The notes under the pieces: model-generated
What the model was told of the DNA's origin: nothing
Database searches by the model: none
What the model saw: only the letters and a program-made list of their open reading frames with translations
In this document: positions 12,695-24,710 of the stretch, one piece after another
How the letters are laid out: every line of letters starts with the position of its first letter
How positions within the stretch are numbered: position 1 is the stretch's first letter
Position numbers and translations under genes: made by a program
NCBI RefSeq assembly: GCF_001194135.2
Contig: NC_068985.1
Location: 72,324,688 to 72,388,416 of the forward strand
DNA from: Octopus bimaculoides
Taxonomy: Eukaryota
DNA length: 63,729 nt
Direction of reading: 5' to 3'

Positions 12695-13287
12695 TTATGT
12701 ATATATGTATATAAGTGCAGGCATGGCTTTGTGGTAAGAAGCTTACTTCCTAACCACATGAATCCAGGTTCAGTATATGTAAGTGAATATATGTATTTAT
12801 ATGTTTGTGTGTATGCATATGTGTCTATGGATGTGTGGATATATATGTATGTGTGTATATACACATATATTTATGTATGTATTCATGTACATACATAATG
12901 ATATATTGTAGAGCATTGGTGAGCCCATGCTGAATGTACTATAGTGGTATCAAAACTACAAGCTATATGGTCATGAAAGTACCACCTTAATGATTCAGCC
13001 ATGTAGATGTTAGAAATAATGTTTGAAATGGGAGGTGAAAATATTTAACTTTTTTTTCACTAGGTTTAGTTTTGAGATTGTTACTTTTCACCTTATCCAT
13101 CTTCATTATGTATATAAAGCACGATTTGATTTTGAAGTTCTAGAAATACATTCTAAAGCTGATGTTCAACTGTGCTCAGACTCACTTCAGTTATCACAGC
13201 CTACAAGTGTTTTGTAGAACAAGGTTTACTTAAATAAACAGAAGTTTTTACATGTCTTTGTAAAATATAATCAAAGCAATATATTAA

Positions 13288-13488
13288 CTTTTTACCATTT
13301 AAACCAGCCATATCTGGCCCAAATATTCTACCTGTTCTATGCTCACATCAGCTAGATCTGGCCTCTCATACCTGCCTACAAAAATAACCAATCATTTCAT
13401 CAACTCAATACCACATGGTAATACATGATTAATTGAAAACAATGTGGATAAATATTGCATTTGACAGAGTAGTCTGAATGTTAAAGGG
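13288..13488. mobile_element. piggyBac-type MITE family E; further copies at 38157-38365, 45165-45345, 52400-52612
   Basis: Shared body of about 210 bp (gcatttgacagagta, ctggccagtttgaacataaa, atatttgggcc) with CCCT..AGGG-like ends next to intact or degenerate TTAA. Confidence 0.65.
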
Positions 13489-14329
13489 TATAAATTGTTT
13501 TTAATCTAAAAATAGTTATAATAAATTTATTTTAAGGATGCGCTGCATCTTTTCAAACTAATTCAGTCATGTACAGAACTAAAAAAATTATAACAGCTTG
13601 AAGTTTAAAATTGCACAAAGCCTTTATAATCCTTGCCCTCAAAATAAGTAATCCAACAAAGGCTTTGCTAACAGAAACTTTGAAGTTACTGTCAACAACA
13701 TTCTTGTATAAGAATAATAAATAATGATAACAATTTACAGTTACACAATTCCACAAATTTTTAAGGGAACAATAAATAATGATCAATTAAATTAATTCCC
13801 AGTGCTTTACTTTTTCTTTTCACTTCAGAGAAATGCTAGAAAATGTTTATATCTTCTCCTCATAACAGTTGAACTCTGGGTAAAAGTCGACCAATTTTTG
13901 TTAAAACAATAGTAACAGGCCAATGAGATATTCTGCACTGTCATTCAATCTTCTAGAAAGAGCAGCAAGATTCCCTTAATTCACACCCTATTATTTTAAA
14001 ACAAAAGAGACACCTTAGACTGTGAAGTCCTAGATGTGCAGAAAGATAGGATAGTCATAGCTGCAATGTTTATGATCAAAGATATGCTTGATCAAGGCAG
14101 TTGACTCAAACTAAACAACAGTAAAAACTGCCATAATAGTCAATGAGGATTTCAGTTTTATATTCGAGTGTATCAGTTTAATATGATGGATATTTCCTTT
14201 AAAAAACCTAGAGAGCTGAGTAGAAGACATTGATCAGTGCAGTACTCGAGCTCAAAATTTTGATGAAGTAAAAATTATATGTTGTAACCAGTCTCATGTT
14301 TCTCTGTTTCACATCCATTATCTCTACAT

Positions 14330-14975
14330 TGTCACTCATCCTACAACAAATGACAACAAAATCTACTTGAAATCATGTCTTGCTATCTTAAAAAGGGTGA
14401 TTCTAAACATGTTGAGTCCAGAAATATTGGCCAGTATAATACTTGATATATAAAAAGATAGGATGTCCTTTACTAGAATACTTTTAATTATTTGTTTGCT
14501 CAATCAGGACCAGGATAAAGTTGAGTGAATCAATCTCATAGCTTGGAATAAAGTTGATTGAAACACTCTGGGTCTATGGACCAGCCAATAAAACAAGGAA
14601 AATAAACTGATCTGTTGAATTGCTTTTATGCTTGCTTCTCCCCAAAAGAATAGCCTTGTGCCCATTGTTAGACATAATTAAATATTATTATGATGATAAC
14701 AGTAATAAAGTATAAATAAAGATATCAGGATAGAAAGATATTTCCATATATATATACTGTTGTATGAGATCATATTGTTGGATTGCTAAACTGTGGCTGA
14801 GCCAGTAAAGGAGCTTCTCTAGGTGGTTGTGAGAAATAGTAGCCAAATATTGCTAATCTCATACCCAAATCTTCTTAAAGAAGGAAGGACATGTCAAATG
14901 GATGGGATGATCACAGCTGGTATGCCTTTGAGCATAGGTCTGTTTGATCAAGTTTGACTTGGGCTAAACAACTTT
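14330..14975 (+). repeat. Old dispersed repeat family G (two copies here, about 10 in the window)
   Basis: Recurring agaaatagtagccaaat...cttaaa...ggacat...gctggaatgcctttgatcataggtctg...gggctaaacaac. Also near 3225-3380, 13950-14130, 18700-18900, 19660-19830, 24040-24210, 25575-25750 (-), 37260-37450 (-), 52020-52150. Confidence 0.65.
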
Positions 14976-15632
14976 TCAGTGATGTGTATCAGTTTGTGGT
15001 TTGTCCTCTAAATCTTTTAACAAAATGCTTCGTAAGAACACCCTTCTAGAAGCAGAGACATTTGAAGGATTAGAGAGAGAGAGAGAAGTAGATGAAAGGC
15101 GTGTTAGTTTTGAATTGTTTGAATTTTTATTTAAAATATGGCTATGGCACTAATTGGAAATATACTGATCGCATTGTTGTCTGGTTTTCTAATCCATTGT
15201 TTTGTTGTATTTCTGGTTAAAACACTTAACTCTTGTATTGATTTAGTTCAATACAGCAATAGTAGTTTCATAGGTAGCAGGGTGGGAAGGTGATAGCTAT
15301 GTGGTTGACATGCCACAAAGAGATTTTGTCTCTCCTTACTTAAAACCACACAAATCAGTACCAGCTTTATATTTTAGAAATTTGTAAACAAAGCATTAAC
15401 TTTTAGCAGCATTTTTAAGAATTTGCTGTTATTTTTTTTTTTTCATTCAAACCTTAATTCATTTATGTCAAAGAAAATTGAATCGTATGGAAAATCAAAC
15501 TAGCAACATAAATAAACTTTTGATATGAAACTGAATAAGCTATATGACTTGTTTAAAAACTGAACCTTTAACTTCAATAGCTTTTCTCATACAATACTAG
15601 ATCTATATCAGTACAATAAAATTATGCTTCTA

Positions 15633-15876
15633 TTGGGTTGGTGCATAATTATTGCAGCTTGTTATCAACAAATTTTATTCAACAAAAACAATATTTAATA
15701 AAAACAGCTTTAAATGACGGTCTGGCCATCTTCCAAGCAAATGGGAGGCTGTAATTGAAGTAGATGGTGAATATGCTCCGGAATAATCATTTAAAGATGC
15801 TTTTGTTACATATTGTTATTGTTTTTATTGAATAAAATTTGTTGAAAAAAGCCACAATAATTATACACCAACCCAA
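15633..15876 (+). mobile_element. mariner-derived MITE
   Basis: TIRs of about 60 bp starting TTGGGTTGGTGCATAATTATTG (similar to Hsmar1-type ends), TA on both flanks. A transposase C-terminal remnant LPSKWEAVIEVDGEYAPE* lies at 15730-15786. Confidence 0.9.
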
Positions 15877-16224
15877 TAATATATCATAAAATGGCAAATG
15901 TAATTATTTTAATTTAGGCTCTTAAGAGCATTCATTTTAAATACTCATCAGAAATTCCGTTCTATCCAATTTGTGAATGAATTGTACTTAAATCCTAAAC
16001 ATTTCTGTATATATTTAACCTATATGTCACAATCTATTGCAGCATTTCATAGGATTTCTTCACTCCAAATTCACAGACACACGCAGAAACACTAAACATT
16101 TCATTATATTTGATCTATGTTCTACACTTATATTCAGGAAAAAAAAAAAAACATTTTTTATATAAGATTTCAGAAGCATACCTCAAGTCATAGTCATTAC
16201 ACTATGTAACATGATTTTTGTCCT

Positions 16225-16680
16225 TGGGTAGCAACTGTTATTTCCTATTTGCTAGTATTTCCCTCAAACTTTGCTTTTGTTACAATATTTATTCAAACTC
16301 CAAAGAATCTCTATCAGCACATGGCTATGATGCTTCCCCACTATTCCTGCCCATGATCAGAAATGCACATATTGTCAGCCACTAAGAGTCAAGCTCAAGT
16401 GGTTATAGTCAAGCAACAGCCAAGCAAATTTGTATTGTTGAACAGAATATTTGCTTTAATGATATTTCTGCTTCAGCAACTCGGCATTGAATCTGTCTGA
16501 AATGTGATGGAAAATAGGTCAGTTTCAAAACATTGATGTTCAGGTCGCAAAAGCAAAGTTTGAAGAGAATAGTAGTCATTTCCTTTGATTTCTAGATAGA
16601 AGTAAATAGGAAATAGCACTTACTGACCAAAGACAAAAAGAATGAATAAATAAAAATTTTGCTACAGAGTGTTATTTGTA
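16225..16680 (+). repeat. Dispersed repeat of about 460 bp, second copy at 36740-37210; shares a core with element F
   Basis: The two copies align end to end at roughly 80% by eye. The core gatgcacatattgtcagccac...aagcaaat..gtattg..cagaatatttgct is shared, inverted, with 35341-35487. Confidence 0.85.
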
Positions 16681-17593
16681 CCAAACATATGAACTACACT
16701 CCTACTCAAAACATTTCAATAGCACCCATCAATAACCATTTCATAACCATATTTCTAATGAAATACACTGGTTATGTTTCAATTAATTTACAAAGTAATA
16801 AAATATTTGGACAGAATTTAATAAAAAGAAACATCTTTTTCATTAATTGGAATATTAAACTATTGTTTGAATCTTTAACAAAAGCATTTCAAATTAATTG
16901 TTGATGGAAGATTTTAATTTAAATATGATCACACTAAAATTTAAAATATTGTATCCTGAAACCTGATGTGGTCTCGAGTGGGTTGGCATTAAAAGGGTTA
17001 AAAGTTTTCATCACGTACTGGCTTAATGATGCAGTCACACTCCAAACCTTTCCCCACATCCTTTCTGATAACAGTAGTTTCTACACCACAGATACTGTAT
17101 GATTTATAAAAGACAGAAGCAGTGAAAGAAATAACAAAACAAAATTTAAAATTTTATAAAAAAAAAACAAAGGAATTTTTTAAAGAAATCACTGATTTAA
17201 ATATTAAATACTGAAAGATAAAATCAAAACAATTTTCATTGTTTCTTCAATCAAACTTCATGTTTTCTCAATTTCTTTTCAAATCCCACATTTTCTGACA
17301 TTTTGCTCTTCTTCCCTATCCCACATTAATTTTCTTTGTTCATGCTTAATGGCTTATTAACTTGTGCTGTAACATTTTTTTTGTTTGTTTTTTTTTTACC
17401 CCTGAATTTTTTCAATTTTCTTTTTCTTTCTTTTTTGGCATGCTGCATGTTATGAAATTACCCAAATAAATCACCAAACATTTTGATCCTAACAATTTTT
17501 TGATATGTGAATTTTAAATTGAATTTTATTTAGTTTGTGTTTCAATTAGTACTTCATGTGCATACACACAAACATACAAACAAAATGAATATA

Positions 17594-17624
17594 TAGATAG
17601 ATAGATAGATAGATAGATAGGCTG

Positions 17625-17655
<31 letters not shown>

Positions 17656-17659
17656 GCTG

Positions 17660-17707
<48 letters not shown>

Positions 17708-17800
17708 CAGATAGGTTGTAGATAGACAGACAGACAGATAGATAGATAGGTTGTAGAGAGACAGACAGATAGACAGACAGATAGACAGATAGGTTGGTAA
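17594..17800. repeat. (GATA)n/(GACA)n microsatellite, representative of abundant simple repeats
   Basis: Long tetranucleotide array. (TA)n, (CA)n, (GA)n, (ATT)n and (CATA)n arrays occur throughout, e.g. 620-810, 1660-2210, 4478-4533, 27820-28080, 29575-29735, 30300-30580, 47314-47390. Confidence 0.98.
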
Positions 17801-18574
17801 GCAGAAAGATTGAAATAAAAGAAAGAAATAGAAAAATCTGACACAAAAAAAAATATTGTGTTGCTATTTTAAAATTTTAGTAATTATTGATATTTCTATA
17901 TAAAGGAGACTTTTTTATATTCTATCTGGTGAAATATATGGAGCTATATAGAATATGTTTTTCATAAAAGAAGTAGGATTGGGTTTTCTATCACCTGCAG
18001 ACAACAGGTATTTTGTTTTTTGGACAAGATAACTAACTCTATTTAATGTTTTATCATGCCAATTAATGAAGAACAGACATAAACTTGTATTAATGCAAGG
18101 AAATGATGTACTAGTGATTTCCACTTGTATGTTTCAATTGTTTGCCCTAACTCCACTTTTCAAGAAACACAATGATGCATTTTACCTTGGATTTATATGA
18201 TAAATATAAACATTAATTTCTTTTGACCTTGTATGCTGGTAATGTGTTTCCAAGGGAGCTACTGTAGGTATTAATTAATTTTCCCAGAAGAGAACAGCTA
18301 ATTATATCAACTCCAGCAGGTGACCAGTGCTGATTTTATCAACCTAGGAAGGGTTAAAAACAAAGTTGACTTAAGCAGGATTTGAACTCGGTATGCAACA
18401 AAATACTGCAAGGAATTTTTTAGTGTTTCTATCATACTTATAATTCCCTGTTTTCCAATACTAAGTATTGATTGATTGATTTGATTATTGGTAATTATGA
18501 GTATTTTGTTGCATTCAGTTGAAACAATGATTATTTTTCATCATTATTATTTCTCACACCATTCGTTACGTTAG

Positions 18575-18634
18575 TGACTGGACCTCAGAGTGCCAACTCA
18601 AAGCTTCCTACCAATCCAAATCCTTCATTCATTT
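18575..18634 (+). CDS. Candidate 60-nt in-frame cassette exon of Robo (VTGPQSANSKLPTNPNPSFI)
   Basis: Acceptor tatttctcacaccattcgttacgttag|tg and donor t|gtatgt; exactly 60 nt, phase 1-1, open in the Robo frame, more GC-rich than its flanks. Confidence 0.42.
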
Positions 18635-20780
18635 GTATGTTTTGTTTTATTTCTCATTCAACCTCAGTCAACAATTTTTCTAAATTGTAAGCTTAAACTA
18701 AATTAAATGCAAAATCACTTGAAACTAGCAGCTAAACTACACTCAAATCACACTCTTCTATTGCAAAAAGTGATCCCATTTGAAACTGTACTGCTAGATG
18801 CATTACTTCAGATCAAAAATAATGAAATAAACATTGCTATAACATTGTTGGTCATAAGTCTGTTTGATTTGTGACTAGACAAAACCAGCTAAAGCTAAAC
18901 ATGCTGCCACTACCTCTTTGACTTACATAACTGTCAGATGCTGCAATCTCATGCCACCATTTTTCATCATACTACACTGATATTATGTAAAACATTATGC
19001 AGCACAATTAGCAACAATACGGAAAGGCATATCTATATGTTTATAACACATTCACTCTTGCTATAGGATCAGCCTGAAGACAATACTATCAATTAAATCA
19101 CAAATTGATTCCTACATTGTCAGTAAGGTAACTTGTCAAAGATATTTTGGGTTGATTTGCCCAGACGCTATTCTCCAGCATGACTAAATATTTTAAACAT
19201 AAAAATATGTCAACATTTATTTATTATATTCCACTTCACTAAATTTCGGTTGCTTAACAATAAGTCTTTACCAACAACATAACAAATTTCTTTTAATGAG
19301 TCAGTTACTACGGTAAGAAAGTATATATATTTAATCTAACTTCAGTATCATTGGTTTTAATTTTATCAATTCTACTGAGATTTCTAATTGGCAACTGTGA
19401 AGTGTCAGATCAAGTAGCAATAACACACTAGTCCCAGCATTCTATTGTTCACCTCATCTCCCTTACTTTTGTAATGTAGAAAATATTTGCAATAGCACTC
19501 CTATGCAGTCACAATATCTCTCCTAATGCTAACTAAATATCTTTCAATCAACTCCATAGAATCTTTACAAAAAGAGATAATATGAACCAATGATAGGCAA
19601 GTTTTCTACCTAATCTCACAAACAGTGATGCTTTTAAATGGATGCTTTTTATCTGCCAGAAATAATAACCAAATATTTCTCAAATCACAGCTTGCTATCT
19701 TTAAAAAACAAAATAACAACACATTAGATAAGATAGTCTGAGGTATGCATAAAGATACAGGAACATGTATGGCTGGAATAGTTCTGTTCAGTTAGGGATG
19801 ACCTGGGATTAAACAACAGCTTATTCAGTACAGCAAACATTTTTATTGATGCCCTAAATTTTAGAGCAGTGTGTCTATATAAGCAATTCAGATGTCTTGT
19901 AGATTATCAAACAGATTATGTTTCTTTAATTAGTTATTTCTATGTTATCTACTTGAGTAGACCTGGCAGAGGAAGAGCTACAAGACAAATAGGGAACAAA
20001 CAAATAGGTAACATTTATGAGGTTGCTAAACCTACTAGAAATGGTGGCAAAACTAACACACAACTGCCTTAAAAAGAAAAGGGAATACGCATTAAATAAT
20101 GTAGATAGTCCTGATCAGACTATGTTTTGTAAAAGACAGAATTGTCGCAGCTGGAATGCCTTCAATTATAAAGCTGCTAATCAGAGATGACTTGAAATTC
20201 AGCAATAACTACATCTACAATAAGGACCCTATGCATAAATTAAGGGCAATTAAGCTAGCACCAAATAGATTCCATGAGCTGATCTCAAATTCATTACTAA
20301 TTCTCTTGAAAAGATTGAACATCACACACTTTTTCTTGAAAGGAAATAGAAGGAAAAATGCTTAATTACAAAAAATAAAATATCAGTTACATCACAAAAG
20401 AGTTATGTTAGTCAATTAAAACACACAGACATGCCACTACATTCAGTTTTATTTCTTAATTGTATTGTATATTTATGACCTGATCACTAGAGTAAACATG
20501 AAAGACTTTCTTTCTAAAACTAAACTCAATACGTTTCCTTTATTTTAAAGTAAATTTGTAGATGAGTCATTCATTTGTTTTATTATTTATTTAATTTTTT
20601 TTTTTGTGAGCTATTCTCTTAAATATAGTTATAGTTTTTAAAACTTTTAATCTTTAATAAAACCTCCTCCAGTAGCACAATTAGAAACCTTCATACTTCA
20701 TTAAGCCTTTTACAAAAAAATAAAAAAATTGTTTTAAAGAGTAAAAACTAGTTTCATCATCTTATATATTGCTTACACAG

Positions 20781-20915
20781 GCAAGAAGCACCATCCACGT
20801 CGACATCACCGAGCAACTCGTCCCACAAGTCCCTATAGCACTGATAGTAATTTTAGTGCTGTAGTTCATAAACCTTACCCCAAGTCACAGCGCAAGAAGC
20901 AGCTCATGGAACAAG
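20781..20915 (+). CDS. Robo: Roundabout (Robo) receptor, cytoplasmic-tail exon B
   Basis: cag|gc acceptor and aag|gtcagt donor; 135 nt, phase 1-1. Encodes KKHHPRRHHRATRPTSPYSTDSNFSAVVHKPYPKSQRKKQLMEQ, matching vertebrate ROBO1 RPTSPVSTDSNMSAAV (recalled). Confidence 0.92.
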
Positions 20916-20989
20916 GTCAGTATTCATTATGGAGTATGAAGGGTTAAAAAATAGCAGTTTTGTTGTTTTGATAACCCCCCACCAACTGT

Positions 20990-22100
20990 TTATAACTTTA
21001 TAATAATGCAAGGTATTGTTGATAATGTATTTCCTACATATTGTAACATATGAGAGTATTGTAATGTGCCAGCTGTATATGTGAAGGCATGCTAATGTAT
21101 CAGCTATATATTTTAATACAAAGTATAGTATCAATTACATATTGTATCACAATACATTATCAGTTTTATATATAATAAATGGTAATGTATCATTGACATG
21201 TTGTTAGTCACAGTAATCTGTCATCATCACCATTGATCATTATTTTATATCCAAGCTGGCATGAGTTGGATGGGTTTTCTGAAGCAGTCTTTTACAGTCA
21301 GATACCCTTCATGTTGCTAATCCTTTTAGTTCACTTCTTACATCGCATTGGAACATGGTGTACATATAGACTGGGCACTCTGTCAGTGATGACAATGAGC
21401 ATCCCTGTGGATTCAATCAACAGAACACCCTGCTTGTGAAATTCGCATACATGTGGTTGAGTACTCTACAAAGTCATGTAGCCTTAACATAGTTCTCAGC
21501 GGCATTCAGTGTGACATACCATATGTGACAAGGCTGGCCATTGAACTACAGGTACAAGTCATTTTTTCCAGCTGTACCTATTCCACTCATGTAAAACACA
21601 GTAATATACACCTATGTATTGTAACAGCACTAGATACATAACAACTGTAATATGTTTTATTACAGATTAATACATCGTCTACATAATGTAACAGAAATTA
21701 ATGCTTACATTGTATAATGCAATAATATGTCTATATATTGTGACAGTACTATATACATTACAAAAAGTAATATATCAGGTATATATTTTGAAAATATATC
21801 ATAAATGTATAGTGTAATATGCAGTGATACATAAGTAATATATCTTACATATTGTAACACAGTAACATAACAGCTTTATATTGTATGTAGAGTAATATGT
21901 CAGCTACTGAGTGTAATACAGTTGTATATTAGCTATACATTGTAATACAGTAATATATTAGCTACAAATTGTAACACTTGGTAGTACTCTATCAACTGCA
22001 TATCTTAACAGACAACACTATATCAATCACATGTAATATAAAATAATGTGTCAATTTGTGTACAGTAATGCATAGTAATACATTATCCACATATCATCTT
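20990..22100. repeat. Degenerate 29-30-bp AT-rich minisatellite
   Basis: Unit approximates attgtaatacagtaatatattagctacaa; agct recurs at 21872, 21902, 21931, 21960. Interrupted by SINE fragments; resumes near 23090-23170. Confidence 0.7.
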
Positions 22101-22563
22101 TGAGGCATGATAATGTGATCAAGAAGTTGGTATTGTAATAATGTTGTTACTGATTCATTCCCACTGCACAGTACCTTTGGAAAGTGTCTTCTACCATAAC
22201 CTCAGGTCAATCTAAGCTTTATGACTTAAATTGGGTAGACAGAAACTGTGAAAATCTGTCAGATAGACTACAGCTATTTTAATTGGGAGCTGTAACTCAG
22301 TTTAACATCACCATCTGGCTCTTGAACGTCTTCAATAGAGTCCCCTATGTTACAAGTATTCATACCAGGCCTGAAGAGATCTTGACATTTTGATTCACTC
22401 TTTCCAACTACAGCAAAACTCCTGAGTTCTGTTTCGGGTTTTTTTTTTTCTGCCATTAGTTCTAATGGTTGTACCAGAAATCCATATTTGTTATCCTTTT
22501 ACTTCAGACAAAGCCAGATTAAAAAAAAAAAAAGAAAGAAGTCTGATAATATTTTAGTATATA

Positions 22564-23086
22564 AGACAGCAAGCTGGCAGAATCATTAGCATGCTGGGCA
22601 AAATACTTAGCAGTATTTCGTCTGTCTTTACGTTCTGAGTTCAAATTCTGCTGAGATCAACTTTGCCTTTCATCTTTTTAGGATTGATAAAATAAGTGGC
22701 AATTGATTACTGGGTTTGACATAATCAATTCATCCCCTCCCCTGAAATTGCTAGCCTTGTACCAAAATTTGATATCAATATTTCAGTTTATATGTTATAC
22801 AGTGGTAATGTAATCAGTTACACAAATGAAAGGTAATATGTTGGCACTTTAAAGTATCCCATCATTAAAATATCCCTTCTTGTTTTGGTTCAAGATCAGC
22901 AATTTTTAAGGGTGGGAAAGTCAGTTACATTGACTCCAGTGCTCAACTGGTACTATTTTATTGATTTCAAGAGGATGAAAGGCAAAGTCAACCTTGGCAG
23001 CATTTGAACTCAGAATGTAAAGTGCCAGAAGAAATGCCACCAAGCATTTTGTCTGGCGTGGTAACAATTCTGCCAGCTCACTGTCT
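22564..23086. mobile_element. Tail-to-tail inverted pair of SINE family B (22564-22776 +, 22882-23086 -)
   Basis: Both copies are near full length, in opposite orientation, about 105 bp apart. Confidence 0.85.
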
Positions 23087-23764
23087 GTAACACAGTTGTA
23101 ACAATGTGTAATGGATCAACATGCTTTAATATAGTGATGATATGCTGTAACACACTAGTTATATACTGTGACACTTAATAGCCCTGTTTATATGTCTTTT
23201 ATTTGCCCTTGTATGGAATACTGTGCCATATTTGGACTGGGCCTTTACTAGTGTTCTTTATCTCTGTAAACAGGTTTAAAAACTTGGTTCTGTTTTGGTT
23301 GCAAAACCACAACTTCTCTCTCTCATAACTGAGACATTACTACTTTTTCTCTATGTTACAATTCTTCCATAGTCATTGTACTTTCTCACAAACATTCTTC
23401 TCTTGTTCCTCTCATCTTTCTACTAATTCTCATCCATTCACTGTTGTCTTCCCGTGTAAGAACGTTTCTATTCCAGTAGTTTTTTTACTTGCATCTATCT
23501 TACAGAACCCTCTACATTCTTGTTTCTGTGATAAATATGATCTTAATTTATTTAAATCATTTATTGATCATTTTGTAACCAACTTCTCATTAGATCTTTT
23601 CTTCTTTTTATGTCACTCTCATTAAATTAAATAGTTTTTTTTTAGGCCTGTTTTATTACAGGTTATTTTCCACCTTGTTAGGAATAACTTCTAACAGAAA
23701 AAAAGCACAATACCATAATATTATAATGTACTATTGACATATGCTAATAAGGTAGCCTCTACTT

Positions 23765-24020
23765 CAGTGTTTCTCAACTATTTTTTACCTATAAACCATT
23801 TGATTCCTATTTTACTCTACTGACCCTTCCTAGCCATTCAATGTTTAAAAATCCTATTATATTTTTATAATTAAATATTATTTGGAATTGTATAAAAAAA
23901 AGATTGCTTAAATATTGTGTGTATTGTAGAAGAAGAACCAATTTATTGCAGATAAATTTTACCAACAAAATCTGATATGGAGCCCTCAAGGACCATATGA
24001 ACCCCAGTTGAGAACTACTG
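23765..24020. mobile_element. hAT (Charlie-like) MITE
   Basis: TIRs CAGTGTTTCTCAAC / GTTGAGAACTACTG (12/14). The 8-bp flanks ctctactt / atctatat both contain NTCTA, consistent with a degenerate hAT target duplication. Confidence 0.7.
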
Positions 24021-24318
24021 ATCTATATGGTTGCTCACCTTGCTAGAAATATCAAGAAAATCTCCCTCAGATCATACCATTTAAAAAAGAGAAGATGTAT
24101 TGAACTATGTTGCCTTAGATACACAATTCCTGAAACAATGGTATAGACATGGCTGGCTAGAATATGTTTGCTCTGTAAAAAGTTGACCCAAAGCTAAATA
24201 ATAACAAAAATATTGTTATGCATTAGTCACATTGGTCATTTAAGATTATTGACACCTCAATTGCAATGTCTTCTTGTATTTTAAAGAACCTGGTTTGTTT
24301 GCTGGGAAATTAATCAAA

Positions 24319-24710
24319 GGTGCATGGCTGTGTGATAAGAAGCTTCTTTTCCAACTATATAGTTCAGAGTTTAATCCCACTGTGTGACACCTTGGGCAAG
24401 TGTCTTCTACTATAACCTCTGCTGACCAAAGCCTTGTGAGTGGATTTCATAGATGGAAACTGAAAGAAGCTCATAGTATATATATATTTGTGTGTCTGTG
24501 TTTGACCCCCATACCACCACTTGACACCCAGTGTTGGTGTGTTTATGTGCCTGTAACTTTGCAGTTCAGTAAAAGAGATTGATAGATTAAGTACCAGGCT
24601 TTTAAAGAAAAAGTGTTGGGGTCAAGTCATTCGATTAAAAATTCTTCAAGTTGGTGTTCCAGCATGGCCACAGTCTAATGACTGAAACGATAAAAAGATA
24701 AAAGGTTAAA
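24319..24710 (+). mobile_element. SINE family A, near full length; similar copy at 33143-33486
   Basis: tRNA-like head (gcatggctgtgtgataagaag...agtttaatcccactg), ccttgggcaagtgtcttctactata, internal microsatellite, and tail ccagcatggccacagtctaatgactgaaac. Confidence 0.85.

Noticed and set aside
13829-13879. Strong acceptor tttttcttttcacttcag as a possible extra exon
   Set aside because: Both AG choices hit a stop within 4-12 codons in the Robo frame and the donor (GTAAAA) is weak. A poison exon cannot be excluded but has no support.
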